Source of the DNA: a virus | Taxonomy: Duplodnaviria; Caudoviricetes | IMG/VR virus record: IMGVR_UViG_3300037041_001875 | Coordinates: 1,600-65,599 of that record | Reading direction: 5' to 3' (one strand) | Length of the DNA stretch: 64,000 nt | Shown: one piece after another, positions 9,268 through 17,842 of the stretch | Position numbering within the stretch: position 1 is the stretch's first letter | Layout: every line of letters starts with the position of its first letter | Notes under the pieces: model-generated | Database searches by the model: none | What the model was told of the DNA's origin: nothing | The model's input: the letters and a program-made list of their open reading frames with translations, nothing else | Program-made: the position numbers and the translations under genes

Positions 9268-10062
9268 TCAAACCTTCGTGTACAACATGGGCTCGAGCTC
9301 CCGGAAGAGCCCGTGCGGCGGCTTCGGGTCGGGAGGTCCGATGCCCAGCAGGCCGTGTTGCTTGAGCGCCTTCGAAATCTCTGTGAAGGTATCCTCGACG
9401 ACCGATTCCTCGAGGTACATGAGCAGATGCCGGCAGAGCACGAGGTCATAGACCGCTGGCTCGGCGCCCCACCAATCGCCCGTTCTGGTCCGCACGTCGG
9501 CGATCCTGGCGTGGATGCGCTCCGCGAGCTCGGGAATGAGCCGCATACGGCTCCCACGGATCTCCACGAGGGACTTCCAAACCCTCGCCGTCAAGAAGGT
9601 CAGCTTGTTCAAATGCCTCTTGGGAAAGGCCGGGTTCATGGCATTCTTGACGCACTTGGGCGAGATGTCCAGGGCGTCAATCGTGATGTTCTTCGCCGTG
9701 GTGAACTGGTGCAAGAGCAGGGCAATCGTGGCGAGTTCATGCCCGTCGGAGCACCCAAGAGACAGAACTCGCACGCTCTCGCCGGACCGGATTCGGCAGA
9801 GAAAGTGCCGCTGCAAGGCTTCCCAGAACGTGTGATTTCGACCGAAGTACGTCGAGTGCACCAGGCCATGATCGGCCAAGTTCGGCATCTCTTGGTCAAT
9901 GTTCTCTCGGAGGTGTACTAAATAGGCCTTGGCCGTGGGGAATCCGCGAGAATGCGCATATTTTTTGATATGCCTCGCTGAGAAGTTTTTGACCACCGCA
10001 ATCTGAGCTCCAGTGTGCTCAACGAGAACGGCGCAGAACTGGGCATAAACCTTCTTTTCCAC
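9268..10062 (-). CDS. cheR: CheR-family SAM-dependent protein-glutamate methyltransferase
   Basis: STYFGRN, VLSLGCSDGHE, ALDIS, YDLVLCRHLLMY, LKQHGLLGIG match CheR motifs in order. Confidence 0.85.
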   Translation of the reverse strand: MEKKVYAQFCAVLVEHTGAQIAVVKNFSARHIKKYAHSRGFPTAKAYLVHLRENIDQEMPNLADHGLVHSTYFGRNHTFWEALQRHFLCRIRSGESVRVLSLGCSDGHELATIALLLHQFTTAKNITIDALDISPKCVKNAMNPAFPKRHLNKLTFLTARVWKSLVEIRGSRMRLIPELAERIHARIADVRTRTGDWWGAEPAVYDLVLCRHLLMYLEESVVEDTFTEISKALKQHGLLGIGPPDPKPPHGLFRELEPMLYTKV

Positions 10063-10250
10063 GACAACCTCCGATAGAAAAACAGCGCTTGCGAGGCATC
10101 GAGAATCATCTTACAGGCAGGACACCGAAATAGCCACTCCAACGGGTCACGTCTCAGGGCCGCCACGACGATCTTCTCCGCGAATTCTACTGGAATTGGG
10201 TGCCCTCGCTGGCCGCAATGGGGGCAACCGAGTACCGCTTGGTAGGTCAT
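9918..10250 (-). CDS. Zn-ribbon protein (3' end overlaps cheR)
   Basis: CPHC...CPAC; ATGA coupling at 10247-10250. Confidence 0.45.
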   Translation of the reverse strand: MTYQAVLGCPHCGQRGHPIPVEFAEKIVVAALRRDPLEWLFRCPACKMILDASQALFFYRRLSWKRRFMPSSAPFSLSTLELRLRWSKTSQRGISKNMRILADSPRPRPI

Positions 10251-10537
10251 AGGCTGGACACGAGGATCTTTGCGATGTGCTCGCGCAAGGAGGTCAGGGT
10301 TAGCGAGGAGCACCACGTCACCTCGCCGAGCAGGATAGGGTCGTCGCCGACCTCGCACGGGTGTCTGTTCCAGTAGGCCATGTAACGGCCGTCCTCGCCG
10401 TTCATCTTGATGTCAAACTCCATCTCCCGGCCGCACTTCTGGCACTCGCCGCGCCAAACATCCACATGTTGCCAGCGTAGGACTGGACACTTACAGCTTT
10501 CCATACACACCTCTAAGTATTCACTATTCTTGGTCAT
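10247..10537 (-). CDS. Zn-binding protein, paralogue of 10534..10767
   Basis: QHV..W...CxxC...KM...DG.Y...HxC..GD shared. Confidence 0.65.
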   Translation of the reverse strand: MTKNSEYLEVCMESCKCPVLRWQHVDVWRGECQKCGREMEFDIKMNGEDGRYMAYWNRHPCEVGDDPILLGEVTWCSSLTLTSLREHIAKILVSSL

Positions 10538-10767
10538 TTCTCAGTTATAACGGTGTAGCCCTGCCGAGGTAAGACTTGGTTGCGTAGCAATGAGAGCGTC
10601 TTGGCTGAATACGTCACCTCGGGGGGCTCTTGGTCGCCTTGTGTGCACCCATGGTGAGTGAACTGCAAGAGGTAATTTCCGTCTGCCATGGACATTTTAA
10701 CGCTCATGTCAACCACTTGCGAACAGTAGGTGCACTTGCAGACCCATTCAGCCACATGTTGAATCAT
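10534..10767 (-). CDS. Zn-binding protein, paralogue of 10247..10537
   Basis: Same shared motifs. Confidence 0.65.
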   Translation of the reverse strand: MIQHVAEWVCKCTYCSQVVDMSVKMSMADGNYLLQFTHHGCTQGDQEPPEVTYSAKTLSLLRNQVLPRQGYTVITEK

Positions 10768-10771
10768 GAGC

Positions 10772-11599
10772 TCATCCTTTGCGCGTCAAGGCCCACCCTA
10801 TGAGGCCCCCCACCACGGCGAGGAGCACGAGGCCCCACCATCCTCGAGCCGAGCCGTGATCGATGTTGTTGAGGGCAAAATCTTGGGCCTTGGCGTTCTG
10901 TGCCGGGTCGGCGCGGAAAATCTCCGATCGGACGCGAGCGACGAGCTTCGAGAAGGCCTCGCCGTCGAAGGACGGCGCCGTGTAGTAACCGCCTGCGATG
11001 ATAGAATCCCAGTATCGGGCGTCGTACCCAGGCCCACCGGCAATCAAATACCTCGAGGCACTCTGGTAGCCGGCATTCTGTGAGGTCGGGGAGATGCGCG
11101 TCAGGAAGTCGTCTATCGCCTCTTTCCAGTTCTTGAACGCTCGCCACTGCTCGTCGGGCACAGGATAGGTGTTGCCGGCCGTGTCGACCTCTTGCGTACC
11201 CATCTTGTAGTAGCCGTCAGGCCACGTGCCGCGCTTCGCTCCCCAAGCGTTGTAGTGCCAGACCTTCTGGTCCCAACCACTTGAGAAGATCGCGTGTGCG
11301 GTCATGCGAGCCCGCTGGTCGGCGTTCGTGATGCCGTAGCGGGATAGGAGCGCGTCCATGTTCAGCGCGAGCTGTTGATGGTTGCCGACTTCTCCCCAGG
11401 GTGTTCGTTGTGCTTGTAGGAGCTCACCCAAGAGGATACCTCCATAGACCAGGCCAGAGAGCAGACTCACCATGAGGAAAGAGTTGATCCATATAGATAC
11501 ACCTCTCCCGCGAGACGCTAGTCTACCCTTGAGCTTTTCCGCCGTCAAGCTCAAAAAACCTTTTTTTGAATTCGAGGTAGTCTCTTCTCGGGTTCGCAT
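10772..11599 (-). CDS. GH73/FlgJ-like glucosaminidase-fold protein with N- and C-terminal TM helices
   Basis: HAIFSSGW, YNAWGAK, TQE, WRAF, GGYYTAP motifs. Confidence 0.75.
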   Translation of the reverse strand: MRTREETTSNSKKGFLSLTAEKLKGRLASRGRGVSIWINSFLMVSLLSGLVYGGILLGELLQAQRTPWGEVGNHQQLALNMDALLSRYGITNADQRARMTAHAIFSSGWDQKVWHYNAWGAKRGTWPDGYYKMGTQEVDTAGNTYPVPDEQWRAFKNWKEAIDDFLTRISPTSQNAGYQSASRYLIAGGPGYDARYWDSIIAGGYYTAPSFDGEAFSKLVARVRSEIFRADPAQNAKAQDFALNNIDHGSARGWWGLVLLAVVGGLIGWALTRKG

Positions 11600-12128
11600 T
11601 GCACGTGTCCAGTTCCATGGGTCGGACCATGAGACCGTATCTCTGGCCGATGTACTTGTTTAGGAGCACCCGCCCGTAATCTCGAAAAGGCCCCTCGGGG
11701 GCTAAACTCGTGATTTCACGAGCCATTTGTAGGTCATCGGCATCGTTTATGCGCTGGATTTGTTCTTTATGCACTGGCATGCATTTATATTTATTCCAGA
11801 TCAATTTCTGCCAAATAGACTCATAATCATCAAGGTTTACACCAAGCTGCTTGAGGTAGCGCTTCACTGGTCGGGTGACGTCGCCGACGTAGGTCTCATG
11901 GGCGTCGTGTAAGAGGGCGGCGAGCTGGAGCTCGTCAGGCACCAGGCGAGACACCTCCAACGAGTGCCGCGCAACCGAGATGTGCGTCGACAAGTGGCCA
12001 TTGAACCGCAGGATTCCCGCTAGACTCCATGCAATATCTTCTATATCAATGTCTTCCATTTTGGGATCACTTAAGTCTACCCAAACACCAGAAGACACCC
12101 CTAGCCAACATGGCTCAGTTGAACTCAT
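11523..12128 (-). CDS. HD-family phosphohydrolase (YfdR/YfbR-like nucleotidase)
   Basis: DIAWSL...RFNGH...SVARHS...ALLHDAHETYVGDV...P.K. Confidence 0.88.
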   Translation of the reverse strand: MSSTEPCWLGVSSGVWVDLSDPKMEDIDIEDIAWSLAGILRFNGHLSTHISVARHSLEVSRLVPDELQLAALLHDAHETYVGDVTRPVKRYLKQLGVNLDDYESIWQKLIWNKYKCMPVHKEQIQRINDADDLQMAREITSLAPEGPFRDYGRVLLNKYIGQRYGLMVRPMELDTCNANPRRDYLEFKKRFFELDGGKAQG

Positions 12129-12592
12129 TTAGAAATTCCCCATAACATACCAAAGGTTATCGTTCCAGCGGCAAGTAGCCCTATGCCACCCCACTTTAGC
12201 CCATTTTTGATTTTTCGAATCCTTTCTGCTCGAGCATATTCCTTTCGCTGTTCACCTACTAACGCTTGTAACCTATTAATTTCCAATTGGCTCGCTTCCA
12301 ATTGGCTCGCTCTTATTTCAGATGCTTGCCCTACAACGGTCAATTCTGCTTTAGTAGTATCAAGTAAAACATTCAATTCGTGATTTACATAATGGAAATG
12401 TTTGGCAATTTCTATCCAAATGACAATTTTTCTAAATTCTTCGGTAGGATAACACTCGCGCAATCCAGAAGGTGTCTTTATCGTGTACCCATCGGGTATT
12501 TCGGGCAGCTCGTCGGCCTTCAAGCTCCATGCGAAGGCTATTAGAGCCCAGAAAATTAGTCCGAGGATTAGATCCTTCAAGAAATCAATCAA
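12125..12592 (-). CDS. Exported coiled-coil protein with C-terminal TM (spanin-like candidate); likely TTG start 12592
   Basis: Signal-like N-terminus, coiled coil, C-terminal hydrophobic helix; AAAGGA RBS. Confidence 0.55.
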   Translation of the reverse strand: MIDFLKDLILGLIFWALIAFAWSLKADELPEIPDGYTIKTPSGLRECYPTEEFRKIVIWIEIAKHFHYVNHELNVLLDTTKAELTVVGQASEIRASQLEASQLEINRLQALVGEQRKEYARAERIRKIKNGLKWGGIGLLAAGTITFGMLWGISK

Positions 12593-12968
12593 CGTCCTTT
12601 CGAGATAAACGATCTTTGAGTTCCTCGTGGGTAGCGTTAGCCATTGATTTCCTGGTCTGTTCGAAGTCGGCTCGGGCATTTTGAATCACCTTCTCAACAA
12701 TTGCCGCCTTGTCCGCCAAGGTTTTCTGTTGTCCTTTCAGCTTTTCGATGGATTTGTCGCAGGATTTATTTAGGCTGTCAAGCGGTGCATTCTTCGCTCG
12801 CTCGGCGTAGTTATCCGTCAACCTGCTCGAGTTTAGCATCCACCAAAAACCTGCCACGGTGAGAAGGGCAATCCACGGAAGAATCAATAAAAGTATCACC
12901 CACCATTTTTTGTTACGGAAAAGGCTTGTGGGATCATATAACGCCTGGTCCCATATATTTTTCAGCAT
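12585..12968 (-). CDS. Membrane-anchored coiled-coil protein (i-spanin-like candidate)
   Basis: N-terminal TM, periplasmic coiled coil. Confidence 0.55.
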   Translation of the reverse strand: MLKNIWDQALYDPTSLFRNKKWWVILLLILPWIALLTVAGFWWMLNSSRLTDNYAERAKNAPLDSLNKSCDKSIEKLKGQQKTLADKAAIVEKVIQNARADFEQTRKSMANATHEELKDRLSRKDVD

Positions 12969-12979
12969 TCTGGGAGCTC

Positions 12980-13246
12980 CTACGCTTGGTGCCTCGTGGA
13001 CGTGGAATCTAGAGCAGTGACGCTTGCCTCATCTTCCACGAGTTCGCCTATTATATGCTCACGGCACATTACCCATGAGCGTCTATCGGCCGAGGTATCC
13101 CCTCGAGAAGCAATATCAAACAGAGCACACCACGTCCCACATTGGGCAGCGCCGTCACCGTAAGGGCAATTGAGCTTGCGGCCATCTTCGGCCACGAGAA
13201 CCTTAGTGGTCTTGGTATTCTTTCGGACTAGGCTAACCTTTTTCAC
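12980..13246 (-). CDS. Small Cys-rich protein
   Basis: CPY...CGTWCALF...C; coupled to cysH. Confidence 0.6.
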   Translation of the reverse strand: MKKVSLVRKNTKTTKVLVAEDGRKLNCPYGDGAAQCGTWCALFDIASRGDTSADRRSWVMCREHIIGELVEDEASVTALDSTSTRHQA

Positions 13247-13866
13247 GGTTTCACCTCATGGATTCCACATTCCTGCCGCTCGCCGGCCCAGCGGCCAGAG
13301 CGTTCGTCGCTCGAGGTCGGCAACGCGGTGCAAGGACGGCACCCGATAGATCGGTATCCCTGGTCGTGCAACGATTGAACAGGCACGTCGTTATCTCGAA
13401 TGTATTTCCAGCATTCCTCGCTTGTCCAGTTTAGCATTGGAGCCAAACGGATCTTGCCTTTCCGGTCTGTCTCAATTTCCTTCGAGTCTTTGCGCGTCGA
13501 GGCTTGGTCCCACCGCAGGGCAGAAACCCACGCCTGGTAGGGCTCGAGCGCGTACCATAAAGGAAGCACCTTTCGCTCATTGCAGCACTCTTGCGCAGGC
13601 GGGAGGTGAGTGCCTTCCGTAGGACCGATCCAACGCAAGGCCAAATCCCATTGCTGGTGCATACGGTTGGCAAAGGCCACTGTTTCACTGAACAGCATGC
13701 CCGTGTTGATCGAAAGGACCGGGACGTGCTCCCAGACCTTGCGGGCATGATCGAGCAGAACCATCCCTGAATAGCCCCAAGCCGTCGTGAAGATTACCTT
13801 GTCATCGTACATATCACGATAGAAGTTCAGAGTCTCACGCAGCTTGTCAGACTTCTCTGTCACCAT
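13243..13866 (-). CDS. cysH: APS/PAPS reductase (CysH family, Fe-S type)
   Basis: NTGMLFSET, CCNERKVLPL, GYRSIGCRPCT, ERSGRW, C-terminal ECGIH. Confidence 0.92.
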   Translation of the reverse strand: MVTEKSDKLRETLNFYRDMYDDKVIFTTAWGYSGMVLLDHARKVWEHVPVLSINTGMLFSETVAFANRMHQQWDLALRWIGPTEGTHLPPAQECCNERKVLPLWYALEPYQAWVSALRWDQASTRKDSKEIETDRKGKIRLAPMLNWTSEECWKYIRDNDVPVQSLHDQGYRSIGCRPCTALPTSSDERSGRWAGERQECGIHEVKP

Positions 13867-14630
13867 GGCACTGGACCTTTCAGAGCTCCGGTGAGGTTGA
13901 TCACCGGGGGTCGCTCTGGATACCCATACTTCTTAGCCCAATGCCACCATCCTGCAAGGCTCACTGCGGCCTCGAGGCCTGGGGGAGGTAGGGAGCTCAC
14001 GAGGCTCCGTAGATGCTCCGCGGCGCGGTAAATCTCCGATGCCGAGACCTCGATAACCTCTGGGAGCTCGGGCGCGTCGGCAAGAGCAGGTGCCCAACGG
14101 GGGATGAGCTCGGCCTCGGGGCGCACGGGAACAACCGTGGTGCTTCGAGCTGGCCAGACCGCTTTGACTGCGGCGCAACCGTATCCGCCGCCCGTGGCCT
14201 GGAAGTAATGGTGCGAGGGATTGTCGCGGTAGACCTCATGGATTTGCTGCAATATCTCTCGAGCCATAATCTGGTGAGCAATCATTTTCAATTGATTGTT
14301 ACTCCCAGCAAACAAAAATGTCCTTCCCTTATCGGACATTTCGTATTCGTCCATAACTTGCTTTATGACACGAATACGAGGAACTTTATCGTCCCATGTG
14401 TATACTATAACATCTAAATCTTTGCATATGCTAGTTATAGCCTCGCCAGTATTACCACTAGTCGCCACAATAACCGTTCTCACGCCTTGTAAGGCCGCAA
14501 AGTGCTTCACGGCCATAGCTTCGCGGTATTTAAATGATCCCGTTGGGAGCATATAGTCACATTTAAAATAGACCATGCGTCCGCAACTATCATCTGATAG
14601 AATTAAAGGGCTTCTTGTTATTTCTTCCAT
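13860..14630 (-). CDS. Fold-II PLP enzyme (threonine-synthase family), cysteate-synthase-like
   Basis: PTGSFK (PLP Lys), ATSGNTG, HYFQATGGG, INLTG. Confidence 0.8.
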   Translation of the reverse strand: MEEITRSPLILSDDSCGRMVYFKCDYMLPTGSFKYREAMAVKHFAALQGVRTVIVATSGNTGEAITSICKDLDVIVYTWDDKVPRIRVIKQVMDEYEMSDKGRTFLFAGSNNQLKMIAHQIMAREILQQIHEVYRDNPSHHYFQATGGGYGCAAVKAVWPARSTTVVPVRPEAELIPRWAPALADAPELPEVIEVSASEIYRAAEHLRSLVSSLPPPGLEAAVSLAGWWHWAKKYGYPERPPVINLTGALKGPVPW

Positions 14631-15442
14631 GCTGCCCCCAAGAATTGTGCACCAGGGAAATGATTCATTTCAATGACTACATACTTGTTATTCTCATCGA
14701 AGGTTCCATCAACAGACCATCGGTGGTTCTTACAACCCTTAACCTTTGGCGCAACTTCTTTATTTATCTGCTCCACCACTTCGGGTATACCATCAATCCT
14801 ACCGCCAAAATGAGCAACGTTGAGAGTCTTTTGTAGTACTACCTTTGTACTTTTAGAGTCAAGATTGCTCAAATCCATATCTTCCGTGTCCCTTACAAAA
14901 CCATCTAAATCTACCAAGATATATTTTGGTTTTTTCCAGCCAGCAGTAGAAATACCTTCAAGGTTAAAATACACTGGCGTCATTGTTATAAAGTCCACAC
15001 AGTCTTGCCCAATGAATCTAATAATGGGCGGGCATCGAGTATCATCCGTGAACTTGTGCAGTTGATCGGCCGGGTGAATCCATTCTTCGACAAACCACGC
15101 ACGAGAAGATAGTAATTTTTTGCGGGTATTTAATTTTATTCTTCTTATCTTATCTAGTTCAGAAGGTAAATCACTCGCTGAAAATAAACAGTCGTATGAA
15201 AAAATCATAAACCCTTCAGCAGTCTTCTCTAACAGAGCTACGCCACTATTCTGCCGACCACACCGCGGTTTCCAAACATATTTACCTATAGGCGCTTTTA
15301 TTAACCTATCTATATTGTAGTAAAACTCGCCTGGATTAATTAAGGTCGCAGGATAAGCAAGTGACGTGTTATCACTTAACCACTGCTTAGTGAAAATCTT
15401 GTCCCAAAACTCTTTAGCATTTAAAATCATTACTTCTTCCAA
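14618..15442 (-). CDS. ATP-grasp ligase, paralogue C
   Basis: DKIFTK, VWKP..G....GV, FVEEWI, PIIR, SVDG, VIEMNHFPG. Confidence 0.85.
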   Translation of the reverse strand: MEEVMILNAKEFWDKIFTKQWLSDNTSLAYPATLINPGEFYYNIDRLIKAPIGKYVWKPRCGRQNSGVALLEKTAEGFMIFSYDCLFSASDLPSELDKIRRIKLNTRKKLLSSRAWFVEEWIHPADQLHKFTDDTRCPPIIRFIGQDCVDFITMTPVYFNLEGISTAGWKKPKYILVDLDGFVRDTEDMDLSNLDSKSTKVVLQKTLNVAHFGGRIDGIPEVVEQINKEVAPKVKGCKNHRWSVDGTFDENNKYVVIEMNHFPGAQFLGAAWKK

Positions 15443-16254
15443 ACAACACCTAAGAAGGGTGTTCCTATGGCAGAGTTCATTTCAATTATAACAAACTTGT
15501 TATCTTTATCAAATACGCCGTCAACAGACCAACATTTATTGTGGATTAACTTCAGTTTTGGGCTAATCTCACGATTCACTTGGTCAATAATCTCTCGAAC
15601 ACCTTCAATTTTATGCCCACATAAATCGGTGTCTATACGCCTCTCCACAACAGACACTAGAGTTTTCTTGTCTGCGTTAGACAGGTCCATTTCATCGGTG
15701 TGCCTAACAACGCCATTGAAATCTAGCCATAAATACTTTCGATGGTCCCAACCAAAAGACGATATGCCGACCTCGTTAAAGTATACCGGCGAAATCACTA
15801 CGAAATGAACGGCGCTTCGTCCACAGATACGAATAATCGGCGGGCAACGCATATCATTTGTGAACTTGCCAAGTCTTTCGTGCGGTTTAACCCATTCCTC
15901 GACAAACCAGTTTCGGTGATCTTTAGCTTCTTTAGCTTCTGAAATAGTTAATCGTTTTATTCTAGTTAATTCTTCAATTGTGTCCTGTAAAGGCATAACT
16001 GTATCAGATGGGAATATTTTATATCCGTCAACAGTTTTATTTATAAGAGCGATTCCCCAGCCTTTCCGGCCAAAACAAGGCTTCCAGACGTACTCACCTA
16101 CAGGCAAATCTTCCAATTTTTTAGCAACCTCGTTGAAAAGGGCTAATTCTACTATAGTTTTAGGATAGGCAAACGACGTGTTTTCACTTAGCCACTGCTT
16201 AGTGTAGATCTTATTTGCAAATCTCTTCGGTACTATTTTCAAATTGATAATCAT
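15430..16254 (-). CDS. ATP-grasp ligase, paralogue B
   Basis: NKIYTK, VWKPCFGRKGWGI, FVEEWV, PIIR, SVDG, IIEMNSAIG. Confidence 0.85.
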   Translation of the reverse strand: MIINLKIVPKRFANKIYTKQWLSENTSFAYPKTIVELALFNEVAKKLEDLPVGEYVWKPCFGRKGWGIALINKTVDGYKIFPSDTVMPLQDTIEELTRIKRLTISEAKEAKDHRNWFVEEWVKPHERLGKFTNDMRCPPIIRICGRSAVHFVVISPVYFNEVGISSFGWDHRKYLWLDFNGVVRHTDEMDLSNADKKTLVSVVERRIDTDLCGHKIEGVREIIDQVNREISPKLKLIHNKCWSVDGVFDKDNKFVIIEMNSAIGTPFLGVVWKK

Positions 16255-17141
16255 GGCCGTCTCAATGCGTCAAAATTGTGCAAGTGCTTCACATTTGGAG
16301 CATGTTCTATTTCAATACAAACAAAATCCACTGAATCATCTTTGTTATGCCTATAGACTCCATCAAACGCAAACAAGGCGTTAGGGCTCATTACCGCACA
16401 CACCTCAATTTTTATAGCCTCTATAATCTTATCAAAAAAGGGTAAAACCATCCCCGTAACGTCTTTCACCGTTCCATAATTCTCGATTGACCAAGGCAAA
16501 TCGTTTGGTATGTCTGGTCGGGTCTGTAAGAGCTCGCCCTTGTAGTTGAAACAGATGCGCCGTGCACCGCCCTGCAAGGTTCCGCGCCCTCGAGAAGCTT
16601 TCGTAGGTATGTGGAGCTCCCCAAAGTGGAAATCTCCGCGACTCATGATGATCCTCACGAGCGGATTGAACGGAGCATCATATCCAAGAGTTTTTAGTTC
16701 TTCTGGTGCCGGCGAAACATATTCCTCGACTATCCATTTATGTGCAGAGGGCACTCTTGGCATATCCGAAGAAATATCAACAAACAGTTCCGCGGCGTTG
16801 AGTAGTCTTAGATTAGCGTCTCTAAAACCCAAATCGTTAGGCTCTTTCCAAACCATTCGAACGCCTCTGGAACGCGATAGATTAATCGGTTTTACTACCA
16901 CCCAACGCTCTGTAGGACAACTAGAACTGACTAGCCACGTACATAAATCTGCCCATGTAGCTGAGCAGACTAATGTAGGCGGAACTTGAAATGACGTGTT
17001 ATTTAGAAGCCAATTCTTAGTCCATACTTTATTCCAAGTGGATCGCAGTAATTTCTTTTGAGGCGCAGCTATATTCTTTTTGCGCTCTCTAGGTGTTATT
17101 CGAACAACATGGGTCACCGTAGTTATGACAACTTTACCCAT
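16251..17141 (-). CDS. ATP-grasp ligase, paralogue A (ATPgrasp_ST / alpha-L-glutamate-ligase-like); likely start MGKVVI
   Basis: VVKP..LSRSRGV, IVEEYV, PLVRII, HIPTKASRGRGTLQGGA, FDG, IEIEHAP. Confidence 0.85.
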   Translation of the reverse strand: MGKVVITTVTHVVRITPRERKKNIAAPQKKLLRSTWNKVWTKNWLLNNTSFQVPPTLVCSATWADLCTWLVSSSCPTERWVVVKPINLSRSRGVRMVWKEPNDLGFRDANLRLLNAAELFVDISSDMPRVPSAHKWIVEEYVSPAPEELKTLGYDAPFNPLVRIIMSRGDFHFGELHIPTKASRGRGTLQGGARRICFNYKGELLQTRPDIPNDLPWSIENYGTVKDVTGMVLPFFDKIIEAIKIEVCAVMSPNALFAFDGVYRHNKDDSVDFVCIEIEHAPNVKHLHNFDALRRP

Positions 17142-17526
17142 CTTTTGGCTTCTTTCGTGGTGTTTTGGAGCGTACAATATGCCGAGGTGTATTCTTACCT
17201 TCTGCGGCCGCTTTGGTCTGGCGAGCTTTCTTCTCTTTTGCCCTACGCTCAAAGGGTCCAGTTCCATGCTCTGACATGAACTTGCCAGGGGAACTGGACA
17301 AAACTTGATTGTCACGTACCTCTTCCATCCCGCAAACATCACACGAATTCTCGCCCATCAAGCGATTGCCACACTTCTCGCACGATTTTGCGCCCATCCA
17401 ACATACAAAGCACAGGTCACCCACATGGGTGTCCCTGATTGGAGCACTATGCCGGTGACATTTCCTGCATGCCCTTATCGTGAGGGGGTAATGCCCCCAG
17501 CTCTTACTTGTAAAGGTTGTGGTCAC
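17134..17526 (-). CDS. Basic multi-Zn-finger protein
   Basis: Four CxxC pairs, K/R-rich tail. Confidence 0.6.
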   Translation of the reverse strand: MTTTFTSKSWGHYPLTIRACRKCHRHSAPIRDTHVGDLCFVCWMGAKSCEKCGNRLMGENSCDVCGMEEVRDNQVLSSSPGKFMSEHGTGPFERRAKEKKARQTKAAAEGKNTPRHIVRSKTPRKKPKDG

Positions 17527-17794
17527 GGTACTCTTTCAGCGCCACAAAAACAGTGTCGGCGACCTCCCGCATTACCACGCCCTTGGCGCTATGCCAAAGC
17601 TGTGCGGTGATCTGCTCTTGCGATGAGCCCAGGGCGCTCGCAATGAGAATTCTAAGTGCGGCCGATATATTAAGCGATCCGCCCTCGTTTACAAGCCCGT
17701 TATGCTCGGCAAAGACCTCAATTCGTTGGATTGTTTCAGCGTCCAATCTAACTGCAAGTGCTCGTGTTTGTTCTTTATTCATGTTGATCCCCAT
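17504..17794 (-). CDS. Ribbon-helix-helix DNA-binding protein
   Basis: LAVRLD...IEVFA...NISAALRILI. Confidence 0.65.
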   Translation of the reverse strand: MGINMNKEQTRALAVRLDAETIQRIEVFAEHNGLVNEGGSLNISAALRILIASALGSSQEQITAQLWHSAKGVVMREVADTVFVALKEYRDHNLYK

Positions 17795-17842
17795 ATCACA
17801 GTTTTGGAATGTTTACAAGGACTGAAAATAGTAAACTGTTTT

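Noticed and set aside
13243-13866. DndC-type phosphorothioation system
   Set aside because: The protein has CysH signatures (ERSGRW, ECGIH), and no DndB/D/E or cysteine desulfurase is present
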